A stretch of 49,622 bases of DNA from Macrostomum lignano (taxonomy: Eukaryota): contig NIVC01003290.1 in the NCBI GenBank assembly GCA_002269645.1, forward strand, positions 1 through 49,622, written 5' to 3'. This document shows positions 25,201 to 35,371 of this stretch, piece after piece. The stretch's first letter is position 1, and each line of letters opens with the position of its first letter. A model generated the notes under the pieces. It was given only the letters and a program-made list of their open reading frames with translations, was not told the DNA's origin and did no database searches. A program made the translations under genes and the position numbers.

Positions 25201-26350
25201 TACTTGAGGAACTGCATTATTGTATCAGTGCGAAGGTGCTTGAGGAACTGGTTGTGTCAGTTCGAAGGTGCTTGAGGAACTGGTTGTCGGTGCAAAGGTA
25301 CTTGAGGAACTGCATTATTGTATCATTGCGAAGGTGCTTGAGGAACTGGTTGTGTCAGTTCGAAGGTGCTTGAGGAACTGGTTGTATCAGTGCGAAGTTG
25401 CTTAGGGAACTGGTTGTATCAGTGCAAAGTTGCTTAGGGAACTGGTTGTATCAGTGCAAAGTTGCTTAGGGAACTGGTTGTATCAGTGCGAAGTTGCTTA
25501 GGGAACTGGTTGTATCAGTGCAAAGTTGCTTAGGGAACTGGTTGTATCAGTGCAAAGTTGCTTAGGGAACTGGTTGTATCAGTGCAAAGTTGCTTAGGGA
25601 ACTTGTTGTATCAGTGCGAAGTTGCTTAGGGAACTGGTTGTATCAGTGCGAAGTTGCTTAGGGAACTGGTTGTATCAGTGCGAAGTTGCTTAGGGAACTG
25701 GTTGTATCAGTGCAAAGTTGCTTAGGGAACTGGTTGTATCAGTGCGAAGTTGCTTAGGGAACTGGTTGTACAACAAGTGGGGTTAAAAGTGCTGTGCCAA
25801 CCCTCGAATCGAACTGCAGTCGCCAGGCACTGCGTCGGAAAAAAGCTTTGCAGCTCTCGCAGCTGAGCACGTCAAAGTTGTACCCTGAGGCGTGTGACTG
25901 GCAGATGGCGCACAGCGGGGTTCCCCCGTTGTTGGCCAGCTTCCTGCGGCGACGCTGAACGGCGGCAATTGTGTGAGACGGCAGTGCCAGAGGCTCCGGC
26001 TTGCCCGACAGAGGCAACAGCGGCAGCGGGGGTGGCAGAGGCGGCTTCGGCCGATGATGCTGATGATGCTGGTGCTGGTGCTGGTGGTGGCCGGGCAGCT
26101 GGCTGTGCTGGTGCGGCCCACTGTAGATCGAATTCTGCGGCGTGGCGACACTGCCGTCTCCGATTCCTGCGCTTCCGCCTCTACGGGACATTCCTGGCCA
26201 AGCAAATACCGTAGCCGCCGCGGCCTGGTGCAGAGAAGACACCGCCGTCGTGAACCGGTGCATCTGCAACTGGGATGGAATTGCCAGACAGCTTTCCTGC
26301 GAAACTTGCCCTCCGGCGGCTTTCACCGGCAGCCTTTGACCAGGGTGCAT
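22250..26350 (-). CDS. Nuclear hormone receptor, NR1J (HR96/DAF-12)-like DNA-binding domain with a divergent ligand-binding domain; 5' end uncertain
   Basis: Exons ~26350?-25802, 24276-24159, 23678-23408, 23039-~22250, with phases 0/1/2 that join correctly. ZF1 CAICQSHASGYNFDVLSCESCKAFFRR (P-box ESCKA). ZF2 CRMAGNCPTTGRLRKRCPACRLKRCLAAGM. LBD-like segment LLSALPSICLLSPRHRLALLR. Confidence 0.9.
24419..25770. repeat. compound 30/32/36-bp minisatellite in the intron between the two zinc fingers
   Basis: 36-mer tatcagtgcgaaggtgcttgaggaactgcatggttg, then a 98-bp three-unit higher-order block, then 32-mer tatcagtgcgaagttgcttagggaactggttg. Confidence 0.97.
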
Positions 26351-26706
26351 GGGATTGGACTCAGAGGATGCTGAGTCCAGGGTGCATGGGATTGGACTCA
26401 GAGGATGCTGAGTCCAGTGTGGATGGAAGCGGACTCAGAGGATGCTGAGACCAGGGTGCATGGGATTGGACTCAGAGGATGCTGAGTCCAGTGTGGATGG
26501 AAGCGGACTCAGAGGATGCTGAGTCCAGTGTGGATGGGAGCGGACTCAGAGGATGCTGAGACCAGGGTGCATGGGATTGGACTCAGAGGATGCTGAGTCC
26601 AGTGTGGATGGAAGCGGACTCAGAGGATGCTGAGTCCAGTGTGGATGGGAGCGGACTCAGAGGATGCTGAGTCCAGTGTGGATGGAAGCGGACTCAGAGG
26701 GAGCTG
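26340..26706. repeat. 37-bp minisatellite, about 10 copies, two variants
   Basis: ggactcagaggatgctgagtccag followed by ggtgcatgggatt or tgtggatggaagc. Confidence 0.95.
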
Positions 26707-26822
26707 ACTTCGATATTTTATAAGTGTGACCCTCTTGCACCAGTGAACTTTTTCGGGTTAAACGTAATGGTTGCGCACTCAGGACTTAAGTAGGATTATG
26801 CATTCAAAAAATTTAATGAGTT

Positions 26823-27130
26823 TGGTGTGCATCCAGGACTGAAGTGGTGTGCATCCAGGACTGAAGTGGTGTGCATTCAGGACTGAAGTGCTGTGCATTC
26901 AGGAGTGAAGTGGGTGAGCATTCATGACTGAAGTGGGTGTGCATTCAAGAAAGTGGGTTTGCATTCAGGACTGAAGTGCTGTGCATTCAGGATTGAAGTG
27001 GGTGTGCATTCATAACTGAAGTGGGTGTGCATTTAGGAGTGAAGTGGGTGTGCATTCAGGAGTGAAGTGGGTGTGCATTCAGGAGTGAAGTGGATGTGCA
27101 TTCAGGAGTGAAGTGGGTGTGCATTCAGGT
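26823..27130. repeat. ~22-23-bp degenerate minisatellite
   Basis: gtgtgcattcaggagtgaagtgg variants. Confidence 0.9.
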
Positions 27131-27595
27131 AAATACTGAAACAGGCAGTATGGTAGTGCAAGTTTACAATTCGAAGTGAAGTTTTTATGAATATCGTGCA
27201 GCTTTGAGAGAAATCTGTTTGATGTGACAGAGACTGGTGCTGAGCTTAGGAGAGGTTCAGTGTTCCCTATTTTCCCTGAAGTAAGCTAACTAACACGTAA
27301 GTGAGCTAAGTAAGGTAAAGCAAAGCAACAAAAATGTGAAAAGGCGCCGTGAAATTGGCTACATTACCTTTTGCCGTAACTTACGAAGTTGGTTTGCGAA
27401 CTTGGATGAGTTGAAGCTTTGCTTGCTGACTGCAAGGTGTAACCGACAAAGAGAGATTCAGGAAGTCAAACAAGCCGATGTGAGTCAGCAATCAGCCACA
27501 GCTGACTCACTCTCGAGAGCTCTAAAAATTTCTGCGACCTTCCCGAGAAAATTTCCTCTTCAGCTATGGTTTTTCCAGTGCGGGGTTTTCCCCCG

Positions 27596-27620
<25 letters not shown>
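27596..27620. repeat. (CT)n microsatellite
   Basis: ctctctctctctctctctctctc run. Confidence 0.9.
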
Positions 27621-27626
<6 letters not shown>

Positions 27627-28610
27627 CTTTCTCCAGTTCCCCTCCTTGGACAGGCCGGGTGCTTGAAACAGCATGGAAAAATGCAAAATGAGTTGGGCAA
27701 AGGTCAAGGTGATTTGACATGCAAGGCACAGATACCAAATCTGGGGGTCCAGCAGCCCCCTCTTTCTGACAGGGCAGGCGATCGCTGGAGAATTCAGCGG
27801 TTGAAATTAATTTACATAGCTCGTACCTAGTGCTAAAAGTAGGTCGAATAAATGAGCTGCAAAACTAAACTGATCAGGCATAGGAATGGAAATTGGTCAG
27901 GTGTGCATATATGGCTCGCACTATGAGATGCCGGATTTTCTTCCTACGAGTAAAATTAACGTGGTTTGATTAAAAAAAGAAAGAAGAAAGAGATGGTCAG
28001 CTGTTAGAGAGCAACCCTGAGTCAGACCTTTGGGCTGCAGTGACAGCAGAATCAGAGGACCAGCACAGCACAACAGAGCAACTGGGCGTAACACCTCGGG
28101 AATTTATTAGGTAAGGCCATCAAAATGCCGAGCTTCAGGGACTTGTGGACAGGTGCAGGGTCTCTTGGCCTGTTGGGATCACTCGTCTGTTTGGGACGCT
28201 TCTGAATAAAAATTCGAGAATATTTACTCGAAAAATCTGTATCACGTATCAGTAATAGATGAAAGGCAGTAGCAAGCACTAGGTGCGAAAATATGGAGCC
28301 AGAAAAGTGTCTTCTCAATCAAGCATGTGTTACACTACCTCGGTTTTGGCGGACCAAAGCTTGCAGTGAGTCCTCCAAGTACTGCAGATCTCCTGAGCAC
28401 TGACTCAAAACAGCTCATGGAACCGACAACGGGAGAGACAGAGAGAGGGATAAAAACAGAGGGAAAGTCAGCGATACTGCATCCTGAAATGCTTAACAAA
28501 CAACTTTTATAGTTAAAAAGGAAAAAGTGACAACATGAGAAATTTTGTCATTTTATACATACACAAAACCAGCAGTTCAAGCGCGCATAAAAGTGCATTC
28601 AGTGCATTCA

Positions 28611-29918
28611 GTCAGGCTGAGACTGTGGGCCAAGCTCTCTGTCCCTGCAACGTCTCTGCACCCAGGCGCTGAGCTGCCACAGGTCAGGCTGAGACTGTGG
28701 GCCAAGCTCTCTGTCCCTGCAACGTCTCTGCACCCAGGCGCTGAGCTGCCACAGGTCAGGCTGAGACTGTGGGCCAAGCTCTCTGTCCCTGCAACGTCTC
28801 TGCACCCAGGCGCTGAGCTGCCACAGGTCAGGCTGAGACTGTGGGCCAAGCTCTCTGTCCCTGCAACGTCTCTGCACCCAGGCGCTGAGCTGCCACAGGT
28901 CAGGCTGAGACTGTGGGCCAAGCTCTCTGTCCCTGCAACGTCTCTGCACCCAGGCGCTGAGCTGCCACAGGTCAGGCTGAGACTGTGGGCCAAGCTCTCT
29001 GTCCCTGCAACGTCTCTGCATCCAGGCGCTGAGCTGTCACAGGTCAGGCTGAGACTGTGAGCCAAGCTCTCTGTCCCTGCAACGTCTCTGCATCCAGGCG
29101 CTGAGCTGTCACAGGTCAGGCTGAGACTGTGAGCCAAGCTCTCTGTCCCTGCAACGTCTCTGCATCCAGGCGCTGAGCTGTCACAGGTCAGGCTGAGACT
29201 GTGAGCCAAGCTCTCTGTCCCTGCAACGTCTCTGCACCCAGGCGCTGAGCTGCCACAGGTCAGGCTGAGACTGTGGGCCAAGCTCTCTGTCCCTGCAACG
29301 TCTCTGCACCCAGGCGCTGAGCTGCCACAGGTCAGGCTGAGACTGTGGGCCAAGCTCTCTGTCCCTGCAACGTCTCTGCACCCAGGCGCTGAGCTGCCAC
29401 AGGTCAGGCTGAGACTGTGGGCCAAGCTCTCTGTCCCTGCAACGTCTCTGCACCCAGGCGCTGAGCTGCCACAGGTCAGGCTGAGACTGTGGGCCAAGCT
29501 CTCTGTCCCTGCAACGTCTCTGCACCCAGGCGCTGAGCTGCCACAGGTCAGGCTGAGACTGTGGGCCAAGCTCTCTGTCCCTGCAACGTCTCTGCACCAA
29601 TGCGCTGAGCTGCCACAGGTCAGGCTGAGACTGTGGGCCAAGCTCTCTGTCCCTGCAACGTCTCTGCATCCAGGCGCTGAGCTGTCACAGGTCAGGCTGA
29701 GACTGTGAGCCAAGCTCTCTGTCCCTGCAACGTCTCTGCATCCAGGCGCTGAGCTGTCACAGGTCAGGCTGAGACTGTGAGCCAAGCTCTCTGTCCCTGC
29801 AACGTCTCTGCATCCAGGCGCTGAGCTGCCACAGGTCAGGCTGAGACTGTGGGCCAAGCTCTCTGTCCCTGCAACGTCTCTGCATCCAGGCGCTGAGCTG
29901 TCACCTGTGGGCCAAGCT
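28611..29918. repeat. 72-bp tandem array, 18 copies
   Basis: Unit gtcaggctgagactgtgggccaagctctctgtccctgcaacgtctctgcacccaggcgctgagctgccacag. Copies start at 28611, 28683 ... 29835. Confidence 0.99.
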
Positions 29919-31334
29919 CTTAAATCAAGCGCTGAAGGCTCCCGAAACCGTCCCGACAGAAAGAGGGGGCTTAGAGTGTGTGAACCTGTGAGGGTCTGAA
30001 CCCCAAATTGAAGCCTAGTCCTGAACATGCCGGGCCTGGCCATGGACACGCAGTCAAGGGGTTCCGCAGTCAAGGGGTGAATACAAGATCCATCGTCTTT
30101 TCTACTGTAACTCTACCAGTAACTCTGTCCCTACATTTTCCCTTTGATTTTTGCTACATGCCGGTAAATGATTATTGAGATTCTCAGGAAGGCCAGTGCA
30201 GCCAACTGATAGGGGTTGGGCCGCGTTCGCGTGCCAAAACTTACCGAGAGTTTGACGAAGCACAGGCTCGGGCCCGGGGGCTGAGAGCTGGTATCCTAGT
30301 TCCAGCAGGTGAGGAAGACAGTTTTGGGGCCGGAGCCTGCCCTGGGAGATTTTATAGCCGCTCGGCCAGGCGCCCGAACGGGAGAGCAAAGGCAAAGAAG
30401 AGAAATCCCTAATCGCTTCGCCAATCAAAATTGGGAGAAAATTGGCGACTGCCGTCATGGCCGGTCCGCTAATCGGCGGCCCGAAATCCAGACCCGATAG
30501 GGGGCAAAAATGGGTGCTAAAATTTCCCCTTATCTTAACTCTCCGGATAGAAAATTGCGCAGATAAATGGAACCACGGCCTGTATTGAAAAGACACCTGC
30601 AGCCTTGTTGGCTCAATTAAAACAATTTGGGCGGGATTTGCAGACATGATTGCCTCTGATTATCCGATTCTGGGGCCGATGGCTTGATCTCAGCAATTGC
30701 CCCATTTTGGCTTTTGCCACTCCGATTGCAGTTATTTTTCTTTTTCGTCGATGGGGGCAAAGGGCGTTTAATTTGATTGCTTCATAGGGGAAAATGTTCT
30801 TGACGCATTTTAGAATAATCTGTTTTTCTGCCCACGAGTAGTTTATTTATTTTTTAAAAGCCACCAAAGCCGACAAATTGCAAAATTATTGGAAGGCTCG
30901 GGGACGGAGCCGGACCAGAAAACTGCATAAAATTGGTTCTTAACAAACTCCTTGCCAAGATAAGAACTCTGCCTTCCTATGCATGCACGATATGCACGAT
31001 ACTCGCTCTAACTGATCTCATATGTTTTTGGCTAGATCCATGATAATAAGCTAGATGTGATCTTGAGTCCCTGGCATCTTCAGATGCTTTATCTGGCATC
31101 GTCAAATACCTTATCGGGAATCTTTAGATACATCATCTGGTATCTTTAGATGCTCCATCTGGCATATTCAAATATTTATTGTACCTGGCATCTTCAGCTG
31201 ATACTTCTTCACCTGGTTTCTTCAAGTACTTAGCACGAGAATATGGCATCTTCAGATAGTTCATCAGGCATGGTTTGAAGAGAACAGGTTTTTTATTGTT
31301 TTTCGTTTTGTGAACGTCTGTACTATTACTCACT

Positions 31335-32560
31335 CGAAATCACCTATATTGCACCTGCCTGCACTCGCACCTGATCGTGGACGCGGGATCGACCTGCCTG
31401 GGCGCCATCGTGGCGCAGGTGCAGCGTGACGGCAGCTCGAGGCCGGTTGCATGCGCCAGCCGGACCCTCTCCGGCGTCGAGCGGCGATACTCACAGACCG
31501 AGAAGGAGCCGCTCGCTGTGAAGCTCCGCTGCCTGAAGTTCGAGTACAACCTGCATGGATCGCCCGAGTTCTCAGTGCTCTCCGATCACAAGCCGCTGAC
31601 GGCCTTGGGTCCGCGGCCGTCTTCCACGAGTCGAGCGAATGGTGCTGAGGATCCAGCACTTAGTGTTCAAGGTCGAGTACCAGCCGGGAGCCTCCAATGC
31701 TGCAGACGTACTCAGCAGGCAGCCCCTAAGCGCGCACAACAGAAACTTTGGATGGGAGGCCTACTTCAATGAGGTGGCGCGCAGACGGCTGTGTCGATAG
31801 CGCTGACGCTCGAGGACATCTGCAAGAGCTCTGCCAGCGACCGTCGAATTCAGACGGCGATAGCGGCGACGCAAAGCGGCCAGTGGGATCGCTCCAACGT
31901 GGAGATACGGTTGCTCCACGCGCTGCGAGAGGATCTCGAGCTGTCTGCGGTGGACGGAGTCCTCCTTTGGCATCAGCGAATCGTAGTGCTAGCTGGTCTG
32001 CGGCAGCAGATGCTCGAACTGGCGCACCAAGGGCACCAGTGATCGCAGAAGACAATCACCAGACTCGGCACGAAGGTCTGGTGGCCGAGGATGGCAACTC
32101 AAGCGGAGGAGTTCGTCAGTCGATGCCGCAGCTGTGCCGTCACGTCGCACAAGCTAGTCATCCGGGCCACACCTCTGCAGTCGACGCCGATATCCGCGAG
32201 CGTCTGGCTGTCGATCGGCGCCGACTTCGTGGGACCCATCAACATGCTGCTGGTGTGCGTGGACCGCTACTCGAGATTCCCGGAGGTGCAGCTTATGCAG
32301 ACGTACCGGCCGAGGCAGATTCCCCGCCTACGAGAGATGTTCGCTATCTGCTGGATCACGCAGGAGCTCGTGACAGACAATGAGCCGCTCTTCTCGTCCA
32401 AGGAGTTTGGCCGATTTCTGGCAAGCTACGGGATAAAGCACCGCCTCATCACGCCCTATTACCCTATCCTGCAGCCAACGGCATGACAGAGCGACTCAAC
32501 CGCTCCATCCACAAAGTCGTGCGAGCAGCCAGCCGTCTATGGCACAGACTGGGGGCAGAC
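31335..32560 (+). mobile_element. degenerate Ty3/gypsy LTR-retrotransposon pol fragment (RT-RNase H, integrase)
   Basis: DA..CLGAIVAQ..RPVACASRTLSGVERRYSQTEKEPLA, VLSDHKPL, LAHQGHQ, KVWWPRM..FVSRCRSC (integrase zinc finger), GADFVGP, VDRYSRFPEV, ELVTDNEPLFSSKEF, TPYYP, ERLNRSI. Contains stops and frameshifts; no LTRs seen. Confidence 0.93.
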
Positions 32561-32574
32561 CAGCAAGCAGTTCT

Positions 32575-33688
32575 AACCATGGAGGAAAGAATAGAATGGA
32601 GTGCTAATCTGAGCCAGTTATTTTTGTCTCACTCGATCTTCACTTTTAACATCCCTTTCCCCCCGTTCTTTCCTATTGGCTCGTGACTGCCATAGACAAA
32701 GTATTTTTCGTCTCGTTTTCGTTTTCGTTCCCCTCTGAAAGGTAGACTTAGACTTAGCTGCAGGGCTGTCCCGGAGGGGACACAGCGGGAAGGCGCGGGC
32801 GCCCATTCCGCTAATCCCTGAACGGCCGACGCGTCGCTATGGACGGAGGGTTGGCGCCGCCCAGGGAGGTCCCCCAGTGTCGCCAGCAGCTATGGTGCTC
32901 TCTGGAAAGGAGAGTTCAGCCCTGCGGGTGGCCCGGAGGTAGCGCATGAGCTGGTAAAAATTTTCGGGTTTGCACGCTTTGTAGCCCGAGGTAAGTGAGT
33001 CTGGCCCGCGTAAAGGCCGGGACAGATGCTGACGAAATGCTCAGCGGTTTCGTCACCTGAGTTTCAGAAACTGCAGATGGCCTTGGTGGCGTTGCCCTGC
33101 AGGTACTGGTGCCTAAGGAAGCAGCCGTGACCTGAGAGGGTCATGGTGGCAGCCCGGATGTCTCTACGCGAGAGGCGCAAGAGGAGCTTCTGGAGCTGGT
33201 AAGAGGGTTGAGGGACAGCGCCTCTGGATTGCCTGCAGTTAGTGCGGTTCGCCTAAGTCGAGCGGTGCTGAGTCCTGATCCACGCTTTGATGCGCGAGTC
33301 GATGACACAGCCGGGAATCGGGACAAGAGGTTCGGGACCGAGAGAGGAGCCGGAGGCACCAACTTTTGCAAGGGTGTTAACTCATTCCCTCGGATCCCCA
33401 CATGCCCCGGAACCCACTTAAGGGTAATTTTGTTGGTGGAACCCAACATGTTGAGGAGTCTGATACAATCGAGGACTGTAGCAGAATTGGTGCTGCAGCC
33501 ACTGATGGCGTGCAAGGCAGCTTGGCTGTCCGACCTCTGAAAGGTCTGTCCCAGCATAGTACGAGCTCGCATCAAAATATGCTTTCAGCCAATAGGAAGG
33601 AACGGGGGGAAAGGGATGTTAAAAGTGAAGATCGAGCGAGATACAAATAACTGGCTCAGATTAGCATTCTATTCTTTCCTCCATGGTT
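32575..33688. mobile_element. MITE-like element with ~105-bp terminal inverted repeats (about 310 bp once the LINE insert is removed)
   Basis: 32575-32681 (aaccatggaggaaagaatagaatg...ccccccgttctttcctattggct) is the near-perfect reverse complement of 33587-33688. No clear TSD. Confidence 0.8.
32744..33533 (-). mobile_element. 5'-truncated non-LTR retrotransposon 3' end (RNase H plus CCHC-type knuckle) with 12-bp TSD
   Basis: Minus strand SDSQAAL..LKWVPGHVGIRGNE (RNase H), then [26 protein letters not shown]. Short ctaagt tail. Direct repeat CCTCTGAAAGGT at 32732-32743 and 33534-33545. Confidence 0.92.
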
Positions 33689-35371
33689 TTAACAATTTTG
33701 ACAACGCGCACACAATGCCACACATTCAAATACTTCATGGTTTATGAGCAATGGCTTACAGCTGAGATTAGTTAGTCCCGCAGTCAAATTTTCTGGACTC
33801 AGATGCCAATCCAGGCAGGCTAATTAGCTGCTCTTTTGACTGCCTTAGTTGGGGCTGCCCAGGAAATTGCTGATTCCCATCGACGCCGTAAATTCCCTAA
33901 AAAGAACTCAGTCTATGGGAAGAACTGTTTTAAAAGCTACATCCATTTTTCTTATTTCAGTTGCTCCGAACTTGCGTCACTCAAAAAAGCCGGTGTCTGG
34001 ACGGAGAACTGGCATGTTTCCTTGCCTGTTCGATTCCAAGGTCAGATTTAGTGTTCGGACAAAAAGGCCATTAAAGGGTGAATTTCGGTCGATGGACAGT
34101 GCCAGAAATAAATTCAATATCTTTACATGTACTGCAGCAGTGTTTGCACCAGGAATATATACGACGTAGATCCTTAATTCAGGCTTTCTAGAGAGGAAAT
34201 ACACAAGTGTATATATTGTAAAAGATAATCATAATAATGGATACCCAGCCTACTGCAAGTGTTTACAGTTCCGAAGTGTTAATATAGTTCATTACAGTAC
34301 ATGTTGGGAATACCGATTTTCCACTTCCTCGAAACCGCCCTCCGGCTCGTACCAGCTTTCTACTGTGGCTGAAGGTCAGAGTTAGCACTCGCAAGAATAC
34401 ACCCACCAATATTGACAGTCTGCTCGGGCTGAAACGAGCAGAAGCCATCTTCCTTTTAGCCGCTTCTTCGCTTGGGCATCGGTGTCAGGGATCGTGTCTC
34501 GAGTTGATGGCGGCTCTCCGCGCACTACCGCCCGTTGCTGATAACTATGGCTTCTGTACTGTAAATTTGAGCTCTCTGGAGACAGTTATCCATCAATATC
34601 CCTACCGAAAATGGGCGTGAAGAGTATCAAGCACCCCTTTTCACTCCCTCTGGTTGCTCGCGAACTGCCAGCTGTCACCTCTTGTCGAATGGGCTTCGCA
34701 CCTGTCAGCCAGAATTCTTTTCTACACAGGAATTCCTCCCTCCCTGGCACGTGGCCCCGAAGCCAAATTCCCAGAAATCGATATCGCAATGCGCTGAAAA
34801 TTTGCGAAAATGCTGAATCAGGGATAACAGACGGCGAATTTAGTTCTGAGATAGGAATCGAATTAAACAGAAGTAAGGATATCGGAGAGTGTATTGTATT
34901 GATAGCATAGAACAGAAAAGGCAGACGGCTTAGTATATGCTTTGGCACAGCAAAAATATCAGAGGACAACTGCTGACAAGAGATATACGGACAGGGAGGG
35001 AAGACTAGAGAAAAATAAGGAAAGGGCAACAAATGTTTAACAAGTAAAGTACGCTGCTGAAGCCAGCCAGGTGATCAGCTGACTGACAGCTAGGCAAATA
35101 GAAAAAACCAGTCCATTGGTTAAATAGACAGAGTACAATTACCCTGTGGCTAAATATGTTCGATTTATCTCCAACCCTTTTGAATAGACAGAAACATTGG
35201 ACTCTAAAAATGATAAGATGCGAACGCATCTCCCTAAACTCTTGTTGCTAGAAAGCTATTTTTACACAGAAAGTGTTCAGTTAGCAAACCGTTGGCAAAA
35301 AATACAGCTGGATTTGGATCACAAAATCTGATCAAAACACAGAGAAGTTTAGCTGCAGTAGGACACAACCT

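Noticed and set aside
28577-30073. 498-aa minus-strand ORF as a bona fide gene
   Set aside because: Almost entirely the 72-bp repeat, with no supported start or splice context. Kept only as a low-level finding.
31074-31270. Scattered ctggcatcttcagat repeats and ORF 31133-31333
   Set aside because: A highly decayed short repeat with no coding support.
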